NCBI RefSeq assembly: GCF_000195855.1 | Contig: NC_002677.1 | Coordinates: 1,350,001-1,382,000 of the forward strand | Length of the DNA stretch: 32,000 bases | Direction of reading: 5' to 3' | DNA from: Mycobacterium leprae TN | GTDB taxonomy: Bacteria; Actinomycetota; Actinomycetes; Mycobacteriales; Mycobacteriaceae | Shown: piece after piece, positions 24,076 to 32,000 of the stretch | Position numbering within the stretch: the first letter of the stretch is position 1 | How the letters are laid out: every line of letters begins with the position of its first letter | Made by a program: the position numbers and the translations under genes | The notes under the pieces: model-generated | What the model saw: only the letters and a program-made list of their open reading frames with translations | Database searches by the model: none | Told to the model about the DNA's origin: nothing

Positions 24076-24158
24076 GCGGGCGTGATGGAATGGCAGACAT
24101 GCCGGCTTTAGGTGCCGGTGCTTGAAAGAGCGTGAGGGTTCGACTCCCTCCGCCCGCA
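24076..24158 (+). tRNA. tRNA-Leu, anticodon UAG
   Basis: Acceptor GCGGGCG/CGCCCGC closes, anticodon stem CCGGC-TTTAGGT-GCCGG, T-arm 'GAGGGTTCGACTCCCTC', and an extended variable arm as expected for tRNA-Leu. Confidence 0.93.
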
Positions 24159-24164
24159 CTCTTC

Positions 24165-24840
24165 AGCTGAACAGGCCGCGGTGTTGTTCCACGTAGAGCT
24201 GCACTGTCTGTGCGGGATGGCCGGTGGTGTCTTCAACATCGTAGGTTGAGCGGCGATAGCGGTCTTCGCGGTGCAGTTTGGCCGTGGTGGCGATGTGTTG
24301 TCGCACATGCTGGGGCCGGCTAATTTATAGCTTATCAAGAAGCGCTAGCCGCTCGTTGTCGGACGGCTAAACGGTGCTGATGGGTCGGCCCAGGGCTTGT
24401 GTGTGTTGCTTTGCCAGCTCATCGATGTCCAGCGTCGTCAGCCAGTCAATTCATAGACCACGCCCAGATGATTCGTGGGGTGTGCACCGCGGTGACGATG
24501 TCGCTGGATGCGACGGGCGAGGTGCGGTTGGCTCCGAACGGTAGGGGCAGTTGGTCGCTTTCCCGGACTGAGCGCGCGGCCACTAGGGCGAAGAACGGGT
24601 TCTTGAGCAAGATAGTCGGCCTGATGTGTATGTGTGGGGAATTTTAGCAGCTGACGAGGTGTTAAGCGAAGACGATTCCTCGAATCCGTCCAGAACTTTG
24701 GTCGTGGTGTCCCTGATGAGACCGTAGTCTTCGATGTAAGTCGGCGGTGCGCACAACCGCGTCCTGGGCAAGGATTTGCTGGAACTCCTCGCCAGAGATT
24801 GATTCTGAGGACTTCTGCGGTGGTTATTGGCTAACGCTCC
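24165..24840 (-). pseudogene. NmrA-like/NAD(P)-binding oxidoreductase, decayed
   Basis: Minus strand read through stops: 'RPTILLKNPFFALVAARSVRESDQLPLPFGANRTSPVASSDIVTAV' ... 'LTTLDIDELAKQHTQALGRPISTV' ... 'HIATTAKLHREDRYRRSTYDVEDTTGHPAQTVQLYVEQHRGLFS*', the layout of NmrA-family C-terminal halves. N-terminal end not defined. Confidence 0.6.
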
Positions 24841-24943
24841 TCGCTGATGTCGGCCCGGCTCGAATCTTCGGCTCTACCGAAACCTTACCTGGTATTTGTC
24901 GAGCGCCCTGAAAAGCAATAGTGGTTAGGGATGTGGGATACAG

Positions 24944-25695
24944 GTGGCGTTGCTAAGTGATTGGATCACGGTGGTCACAGGCGGTGCACAAGATCTGGGT
25001 CTGGCCATTGTCGAGTGGCGCGTTGTGGAGGGCGCGGGTGGTGCTCGGTGGGAGGACCTTGAGACAACCTGGAGTTGCGACGAAACAATTGGGTGGTGCA
25101 GATGTTGCCTTAGCGGTGTTGTGCAAGTAGCAAGTAATTCGTGCAGCCGACGTCGACGTCCTATCCTCGTGCGGACGGCCGTCGAATAGTTTCGGTGGAG
25201 GTGGACATCATGGCTAACGCCGTCGGGATCACCCGCGTTACGGTGGTGCGCAAGATGACTGAAGAGCAAGTCGACGCGGTCATTGTTGGTGCATCTGACG
25301 GGGGACTTGAAACGGTGCCAGGATGGTGGCAGCGATCATGCGGGGGTAACAACGTGGCGTAATTGTGACCATCTTGTAGGTGTCTGGCATGGCCGGTCAG
25401 ACCAATTATTCGGCGGTTAAGGCTGGGAATGGTGATGACCAAGGCTGGGGTTAAAGAGCTTGCTTAAGCTAGGTGTTCGGGTGAACGCGATCGCTCCTGG
25501 GATGATCCGCTCGGTCATGACCGAAGCAATGCCGCAATGTATTTGGGCCGCTAAAGTGGCGGAGGTTACAGTGAGGTGAGCTGGGGAGCCTAGCAAAGTG
25601 GCCAATGCCGCTCTAGTGTTTTTATTTTCGATCTGTCATTGCATATGCCCGGAACTGTTATGGGAAGTCACTGGCGTTCTACACATCTGAAACCA
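24944..25695 (+). pseudogene. Short-chain dehydrogenase/reductase (FabG-like), decayed
   Basis: Start 'MALLSDWITVVTGGAQDLGLAIVE' (TGGxxxGxG-type NAD site), then 'GITRVTVVRKMTEEQVDAVI', 'GQTNYSAVKAGN' equivalent (25395-25430), and C-terminal 'PGTVMGS...' equivalent near 25650-25690, all separated by frameshifts. Confidence 0.75.
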
Positions 25696-25956
25696 GGAGA
25701 GTGGCTATGCGCCAAGTTGTTATTTATTGAAACCTAGCAAGTATTTGCGGTGATGCGACAGTGGAGTTTCGTTGCCGTCGAACGGGAACGAACTAATATG
25801 CACGGTTAGGAAATCTCACTAGGTCACCCCGTGGGTGTTACCGGTGGCAGGGTGTTAATCACCTTGATGCGCTAACTCGATTGTCGTCAGGAATGTTATG
25901 GGTTGGAGGCTATGTGCAATCGGCAGCGTCGCGATCTTCGAATGGTTTGCGTCAAC

Positions 25957-27110
25957 ATGAATGGCCCTGGGTTGCCGCTGATCGGTGTCAGCGTTGTTAG
26001 GGTGTCAATTTTTGTCTTCGCACCTTTGTGTGCTGCAATGTTCAGCCAGCTTGGCGCGGTGATCCGTGTGAATCTGATCAGCGATGCCTCCGACGTACAT
26101 CGCTGGCCGATGGCGACAGACGGTACGTCGATTTACTGTCCTGATCAAGAGAAAGCGTTCGGACACGATCGATCTGCTTTCGACCGAAGGGTAACAGCTC
26201 GTCCAGCTGCTGGTCGTCGAGGGGGACGACATCGTCGTCACCAACGTCGTTAGCTTGGCCAGGGTAGGCCATGATTGCTTGGCTGCCAAGCGTTCCGATG
26301 TCGTTGATGTTTCACCTTGCTTGGGTGCGTCTGCGGTGCCACCGGTGTGGATTACACCGTGAACGCGAATGTCGGATTCCCGCTCGTCACCGGCCCGGCC
26401 AATCATGACTGGGCCTATCCAGCCATGTGTTACCGGTCTGGGATGTGTGTTGTGGCATCTACGCTGTGCTGGCCGTCGTGGTCGCTGTCCGCTGCCGTGA
26501 CCAATCTGGGGTAGGTGTACACATCAGTCTGGCACTGGAGGATGTCGCGCTGGCCACTGCTAGACACTTCGGGTTATTGACACTGAGTACGCAACGCCCA
26601 CGTTTCGACAACGCCATCTACGGCCATTACGGTCATGATTGCATATGATTGTATTCAGTCGTGATGGGACAGCGTTCATAATTGCCGGGTTGACCGGGAG
26701 GAGCTTTCGCGACTTGGTTTAGGTAATCGGAATAGGGGTAGCAGTGGCTGCGCTTGCCACGGTGCTCCGTGTTGACTTTGACGACCAAGGCGTCCGGAGT
26801 ATCGGTATCTTGAAGTGTTCTCCGGCTTGCTTGCGACCTAGTCGAGCCAATTACACAGACGAAGATATCACACACCGTGTTGTTGGAACCACTGTTCTGT
26901 TTGAGCGATACCGCACGTTCGCAGAGGTTGCCGATGACGAGCGGGTAATTTGCAATCTGTTGTTCCCCGGTTACACAGCCTGGTGTCGGAGAGTGTTTCG
27001 CCCTCGGGATGTCGGTCGCGTTCGACGGTACTCATCCCGCTAGCACGCTCGCCCCGGATAGATGTCCTCACCAACTGTTTGAGCTTGACCAACGCCGACA
27101 TCACGCGCTT
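25957..27110 (+). pseudogene. CaiB/BaiF-family CoA-transferase, decayed
   Basis: 'MNGPGLPLIGVSVVRVSIFVFAPLCAAMFSQLGAVIRVN' (25957..), 'TGVDYTVNANVGFPLVTGPANHDWAYP' (about 26340-26420), 'GVHISLALEDVALATARHFGLLTL' (about 26510-26580), 'TVLFERYRTFAEVADDERVICNLLF' (about 26890-26970). Confidence 0.78.
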
Positions 27111-28319
27111 TTTAAGTGCTAGAACGATCGTTGGCTGGGTTGCGGTAAGGAAATTCGTCGACAAGGACAAGGAAGTCATTCTCAACGCGCCGTAACGAAA
27201 TGCGGTGACGCCTATGCGCAGGACATCATCGATCGGATACGGGATATGGGTCCTGTTCGGATTGATGATTACGCAGACTTACGGCGTCCTGGGGGAGTCG
27301 TTATTGACCTACTCGTTTACGCGTTGGGCGTTGAGGAGCTGGCGCGCGGCAGGATGAGTGTCTCTAAGGTGCTTAAACTCACTTAATTGTGGCTTACCTG
27401 TTGTGCCAGCACGGCACCCGAGGCTCAGAAGCAGCTTTTCCTGCAGCGTGCATCACGGACCGGCGAGTACAGAGGTGCGTTTTCAATGTCAGAGCCGGAG
27501 TCGGGTTCTGATCTTGCCGCGATCCGAATCCGCATGGGGCGTAACCTGGACGGCACCCTACACCATTCAACGGCCAGAAGATGTGGCCGACTAACGGCGC
27601 TAATTTCACGTTGGTTGCCGTATTGGTGTGCACCGACGAAGGCCGCCGAGAAGCTGCACCGCAACCTCGCTGCGTTTCTCGTAGAAAAGCCAAACGTTTT
27701 CGGTGAAGTGGTGTCTGGGCTAACTATCTCCGGCAAGATCGACAAGCTGAGCTTATAAGGGCATCGACACCACGGAACTCATCTTCGATGGCTACCTAGC
27801 AAGCGTTGATGACATCCGTGGCGGCCCCACTCCGGGGCGGGGCTTCTTCCAGATGATGGCCAGTATCGAAGTCAGCCGCGTGAACGTGTCGGCAAGAACT
27901 TGTGGCGTCGGCATTCGTGCCTTCGCGCTCGCGGTGCACGACTTGTAATTAATAGTAGTTTAGTAGCGTCACACCTTCGGTAAGCCAATCGCAGAGCACC
28001 AGACCATCGTGTTACTGCTCACCGAAATGGTGATCAAAGTCAAAGCCATGCATCTGATGCTGGTCAACGTGGTACAGTTGAAAGATTCGGGTTGAGCAAC
28101 GACTTAGCTTCCGGTATGGCTAAATACCTTGCTAACGAATTCTGTTCCGCAGTCTACCTAGCAGAGCGTCCGGATTCACGGCGGTTACTCTTACTTCAAG
28201 GACTACGAGACCGAGTGGTTGATGCGCTCGACGCTCCGTTCTTGCTCATCGGTGAAGGAAGCAGCGAAATCCAGAAGTCCATCATCAGCAAGCGGATTAT
28301 CGGAGTGAATTGTGTGTGA
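27110..28319 (+). pseudogene. Acyl-CoA dehydrogenase, decayed
   Basis: 'KFVDKDKEVILNAP*' (about 27150-27195), 'TGEYRGAFSMSEPESGSDLAAIRIRMGRNLDGT' (about 27455-27550), 'EKLHRNLAAFLVEKPNVFGEVVSGLTISGKIDKL' (27640-27745), 'LASGMAKYLANEFCSAVYLA' and 'FLLIGEGSSEIQKSIISKRIIG' (28092..28319). Confidence 0.88.
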
Positions 28320-28329
28320 CCGGTGCCTG

Positions 28330-28893
28330 TTCTTGACTCAGGTGCGCGACCTCAACTGTCCGAGGACGTTGCGCGCTTTGTCCGCAAGAGGATCTTCGAT
28401 GGTACTTACGTAGCAGGACAGTAGACCAATGGACCACGGATTAGGGGATAAACGTCACACTGGTTGTGAAGCGCTGTTTATTCTAAGTGCGCAAGGTTTG
28501 CTTGCCCAGCAACGGCGCCGCGGCTAACATCACCGACAGCCAACTGCTGGAACTCAAAAATATCCAGGACCAGCTGGAAGATGCTTATGTCGAAACCGGC
28601 GACGAGCGAACGGTTCCTCTCAATTTTCATCGGGGCATCAATGTTGCGATGGACTCGCTAAAATTTGCTCAGCTGATGTCGCAGATTACCCGCTACGCGC
28701 CTGAATTCGGTGTTCCCCATGATCGGGGACTGTCCTGACCAGTCTGAACTGGTACCATCACCCGGTTTTGTCTGCGCTAAAGAAACACGACGGCAAGATC
28801 GCCCGGGCTACAATGTCGGAAACCTTGCCGCCGCTGCTATTCCGTCCATTGACCACCTTGTTGCGCGTGGTGTGCTTGCTGAAGTGAGCTGTT
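28330..28893 (+). pseudogene. GntR/FadR-family transcriptional regulator, decayed
   Basis: 'LSEDVARFVRKRIFDGTYVAGQ*' (about 28354-28420) as winged-helix start, 'NITDSQLLELKNIQDQLEDAYVETGDERTVPLNFHRGINVAMDSLKFAQLMSQITRYAPE' (28487..) as FCD-like domain, then 'YNVGNLAAAAIPSIDHLVARGVLAE'. Confidence 0.7.
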
Positions 28894-29315
28894 CGTCATC
28901 TCGGCAGCGTCGGCGCAATACGGTTGAGTTGAGGTTTTTACGGAATTCGCTAAGAATTGCTACATGCTGGGGGTTTCTATAGCGACGCTGCAGGCCATTT
29001 AGTATCCGTTAGCGGATATAGCAATCACCGTCCAAAGCGGCTGTAATTTGGCCCGGCGCGCAGCTTGGTTCTTGGATAACGAACCCGACGAATAACCAGA
29101 GTTTGGCCGTTGTCGGTGTTCGCGTTCATGGCTGAGGAGGTCGTTAGGGCGGCGACGATGTCGCGGTTAATATCCAAGGCAGCTTGGGAGTTTTGGCGTA
29201 AGCCGCCGCCACGGCCTACCTGACCTAGTGTACGCCGGGGGTAGCCGTTGGCGGGCAGTGATCCAGGTTTCAGCGCCCAGCAGACTGCCGAGATTGTGGC
29301 TGCCCGTGAGAGCGC

Positions 29316-29361
29316 GTTACTTAACCGTACTGGTTTCCGTTACTTAACCGTACTGGTTTCA
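29316..29361. repeat. Two-copy direct tandem repeat, 23-bp period ('gttacttaaccgtactggtttc[c/a]')
   Basis: Read directly: gttacttaaccgtactggtttcc|gttacttaaccgtactggtttca, with 22 of 23 positions identical. Confidence 0.95.
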
Positions 29362-30299
29362 AGGAAGGAGCTTCGCTATGGATTTCTTTCGGATTCAGCT
29401 GTCCGACTAAGACCGCCTTTCACGACGAAGCGTGGAAGTGTATCGTCGCACACATGACCGAAGAAGTCAGGCGTCGAGACCGCTAGACGGAAGACAACTT
29501 TAATTAAAGGTCTGAATCTGACGTTCGGCACTGCGGGGGTATCTTGGCTGCGGGGTGGAAGCCAGCATCGTACGGCGGATTCAGCGGGATGCGGCGGCGT
29601 TAGATATAGTGCGCGGGCACACATGTCGTGGGTGGCCTGGGAACTACCGCTATGGTGGCGCTGTTTGGTGGTGAAGTAGTTCCGTTCGGTTTCGGTTGAG
29701 CTTCATGCCGAGGTGTTACCTGGGGTGTCGGCGGCCAAGTACGGATGTGCCTCTGCTATACTGAGCCCGAAGGCGGTTCGGATGTTGCCATTTGCAAAAC
29801 CTGAGCAGTACGTGATGTTGGTAGCTGGCTGATTAACTGGTCGAAGATGTTGGCTACCATACTGTTGCGCACAACTGCTACTGATGCTCTCATCAGCGTT
29901 CTTGGTCACCAACACCTCATCCGGATGAAATATGACACTAGAGCTTGATCATGTTTCTGGTGCCGCAGCACTACTTGCCGGCCATCAAAATCCAGGGCAT
30001 CCGTGCCAGGGCATCCGTGCTATCGACGGTGACCGGACCAACATCGTCTACTACAGCGACATCTGCGCCGACGACAGATATCGCCTCGGCCAGGCGTAAG
30101 TGGGCTGGACGGTGGTATGTGAGCCAACACCAAGCCTGGCGTCCTGCAAGTCGTGGCCGCACCCGACGGCTTGCAGGACACCTCAATCATGAGGCATCAG
30201 GTCAAGTTGGTAGCCGCAGTGGTCGACAACGCCACTTAAGCACCTGTGCCGATTCGCTACTCAACTAGTTTGAGCGAGCGGCTCTTAGGTAGTTTTACG

Positions 30300-30587
30300 T
30301 TAGGACCAAGCGGAACTGACAGAGCGGTCAGTGTCAGCCATGGAGGAGCTGGCGCGTTGCACCTTTTGGCCGTGAGAGTTGGCCTGCTCGTAAATCATCT
30401 GGAAGTTACGACCCAGGTCGGCTATGAACATTTCATGGGCAGTCGAACCTTGTCCGCCCCAAAACTCAGCGGCGTCCCGCACAGTGGCTAGAATGGCCTG
30501 GTGGGTGGTCTCCAACGCAGCCGCTTGAGCGCGGATAGCCGCTCCATGTGCGTCGATCTCCCCAAACTGGTAGTTAATGTTTCCCAT
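30300..30587 (-). CDS. WXG100 ESAT-6-like protein, EsxL/EsxN (Mtb9.9) subfamily
   Basis: 95 aa 'MGNINYQFGEIDAHGAAIRAQAAALETTHQAILATVRDAAEFWGGQGSTAHEMFIADLGRNFQMIYEQANSHGQKVQRASSSMADTDRSVSSAWS'; W-x-G at the bend. The track start at 30638 includes a 17-codon upstream extension. Confidence 0.94.
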   Translation of the reverse strand: MGNINYQFGEIDAHGAAIRAQAAALETTHQAILATVRDAAEFWGGQGSTAHEMFIADLGRNFQMIYEQANSHGQKVQRASSSMADTDRSVSSAWS

Positions 30588-30638
30588 TACTTTGTCTCCT
30601 CCTGCACTGAAAGTATTGATTAGCAGCGATTTTCGCAA

Positions 30639-30941
30639 CTAGCTGCCAGAAAGGATTTTCCTCGAGTTCTCTTCTTGGTGCTCGTAGCGATCGGCGGCGG
30701 TACCCAGCTGGTCACGCACGTCCTGCAGCAGGGTCACTATGTGGCGAAACGCCTGATTTATCTGCCCCATGGTGTCGTGGGAGGTCAACTGGGCGGTCCC
30801 ACTCCAGCCCGCACCAGCGATGTCCATCGAGGACATGAACATCTTGTGGGACTCGTCTCGCACGTTCTGGGCGTGCATGTCAAATTTGCGCGCCATGTCC
30901 CGCATCGCCTGTGGGTCGGTCATAAAATGTGCAGCTGTCAT
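30639..30941 (-). CDS. WXG100 ESAT-6-like protein, EsxK/EsxJ (QILSS) subfamily
   Basis: 100 aa 'FMTDPQAMRDMARKFDMHAQNVRDESHKMFMSSMDIAGAGWSGTAQLTSHDTMGQINQAFRHIVTLLQDVRDQLGTAADRYEHQEENSRKILSGS'; GWSG motif; immediately upstream of the EsxL-like gene. Confidence 0.94.
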   Translation of the reverse strand: MTAAHFMTDPQAMRDMARKFDMHAQNVRDESHKMFMSSMDIAGAGWSGTAQLTSHDTMGQINQAFRHIVTLLQDVRDQLGTAADRYEHQEENSRKILSGS

Positions 30942-31003
30942 CCTTTATAATTTCCTTCCATTGATTTCGTTGCGTTGTGGATGAAACGTCAACCTCGCAG
31001 CTT

Positions 31004-32000
31004 TTATCCCGCTGCGGGGTTGCGGGGCATCACGAAAGCTCTTGGTTGCAGGCGTAGTGCAGTGTTGACGCCGCCAGTACCGCTGCCTCCGCCAGGGACC
31101 ATAGGTGCCATCGGTAGCCCGCCCCCCAGCAGCGGCGCCGATTCGCTTTCGGTTGCGACGGCCACCCTGGCTGGCGACAATGCGCGCGTCGCTGCCGTAA
31201 CCGGCTGGCTGGCCGTGGTCCAAGTTTGCGGCACCCGCAACGAGCCGATCGACGCGGCCCGACCCAATTGAGCAGTCACGTGACCACCCGAGCTTGAACC
31301 CAGCAATCCGCGGCCTGTCGACTGTACAGCACTTCCCATCGCCTTAAACGCGCTTTCTGCTGCCTTGGTCGTCGTCGGCGCCAAGCTCTTCATCGCCGAA
31401 CCCATGCCGTTGACCAATGACAAACCCGCATTGGCCATGCCCGCATGGTTGTTGATCATCGATAAGGTGTCGTTTATGGGCGACAAGTGTTGTGCAAAGC
31501 CCCCCCACAACTGTGGTGCGGCAGCCGACGAAGAGTCAGGAACAGCTGTTTGTGGGGTGGCGACGTCTACATTTACTTGCTGGTCCACTTGCGGTACGAC
31601 AGTAGCTTCCATCCCCTCATTGACCGCCTGATCGAGTGCGGCTTGGCTGATTGCCTGCTCGGCCTCAACAACCTCCTCAACAACCTCCTCAACAACCTCC
31701 TCAACAACCTCCTCAACAACCTCCTGGGCTAACCCGACCTCATTGACCCCCAGCGGCGGCGCCGTAAATGCTTTCGTCGCCCCCACTGCCTCCAGCACAC
31801 TAGCTTGATAGCTGGTCATTGCTGCCGCGTCTTGGATCCACATCTCGGTGTATTCGGCCTCCTTCTCCGCGATCGCGGTGGAGTTTTGCCCGAAAATGTT
31901 GCTCATAATCAGCAGGCATGCTTGCGCGCGGTTCACGAACACCATCAGGGGCGGCACCGTCATTGTAAAAGCTGTTTCGTAGGCGTTCGCTGCTACCGTG
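31004..32000 (-). CDS. PPE family protein, partial (N-terminus beyond the right edge)
   Basis: The frame stays open to the edge: 'TVAANAYETAFTMTVPPLMVFVNRAQACLLIMSNIFGQNSTAIAEKEAEYTEMWIQDAAAMTSYQASV...'. This is the distal PPE-domain signature, so the ATG at 31963 is internal. C-terminal 'PLLGGGLPMAPMVPG...RAFVMPRNPAAG'. Confidence 0.9.
   Translation of the reverse strand, partial: TVAANAYETAFTMTVPPLMVFVNRAQACLLIMSNIFGQNSTAIAEKEAEYTEMWIQDAAAMTSYQASVLEAVGATKAFTAPPLGVNEVGLAQEVVEEVVEEVVEEVVEEVVEAEQAISQAALDQAVNEGMEATVVPQVDQQVNVDVATPQTAVPDSSSAAAPQLWGGFAQHLSPINDTLSMINNHAGMANAGLSLVNGMGSAMKSLAPTTTKAAESAFKAMGSAVQSTGRGLLGSSSGGHVTAQLGRAASIGSLRVPQTWTTASQPVTAATRALSPARVAVATESESAPLLGGGLPMAPMVPGGGSGTGGVNTALRLQPRAFVMPRNPAAG
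31664..31725. repeat. 12-bp tandem repeat (ctcaacaacctc), about 5 copies, encoding (VVEE)n
   Basis: Read directly: '(ctcaacaacctc)x5'-type array; the protein shows 'QEVVEEVVEEVVEEVVEEVVEAEQ'. Confidence 0.95.

Noticed and set aside
23914-24159. Minus ORF 'MRAEGVEPSRSFKHRHLKPACLPFHHAREP...'
   Set aside because: This is the classic spurious translation of the antisense strand of a tRNA-Leu gene; it overlaps the tRNA at 24076-24158.
24108-24338. Minus ORF ending 'CGRRESNPHALSSTGT'
   Set aside because: Its tail is again antisense tRNA. The real coding signal in this interval is the NmrA-like remnant in another frame.
31664-31725. Possible CRISPR-like array
   Set aside because: The units are contiguous 12-mers without spacers and lie in frame inside a PPE gene; it is a simple tandem repeat.

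Overview
I read this window as a stretch of the Mycobacterium leprae chromosome, or a very close relative. It shows many intact genes with near-verbatim M. tuberculosis Rv1320c-Rv1343c order, interrupted by heavily decayed pseudogenes. This is based on recalled protein families and gene order; no search was run. Intact genes: nucS, methylmalonyl-CoA epimerase, fadA4-type thiolase, a thioredoxin/TPR protein, clpS, a DUF2017-like protein, a P1/DmpA-type peptidase, a rhomboid, murI, an MBL-fold phosphodiesterase, rph, an rdgB-type NTPase, a small membrane protein, an lprD-like protein, and tRNA-Leu(UAG). At the right end there is a minus-strand PPE - EsxK-like - EsxL-like cassette. Decayed genes: an adenylate cyclase at the left edge, glgB, glgE, glgP, a second cyclase, pncB, mec, cysO, cysM, an NmrA-like oxidoreductase, an SDR, a CaiB-type CoA transferase, an acyl-CoA dehydrogenase and a GntR/FadR regulator. 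I found no convincing new biological system. The most interesting signals are the co-decay of whole functional modules (GlgE/GlgB/GlgP, Mec-CysO-CysM, and an apparent lipid-catabolic locus), an in-frame 12-bp repeat encoding (VVEE)n in the PPE gene, and a perfect 22-23 bp tandem duplication in dead DNA. Two intervals (about 13080-13810 and 28900-30240) remain unexplained.
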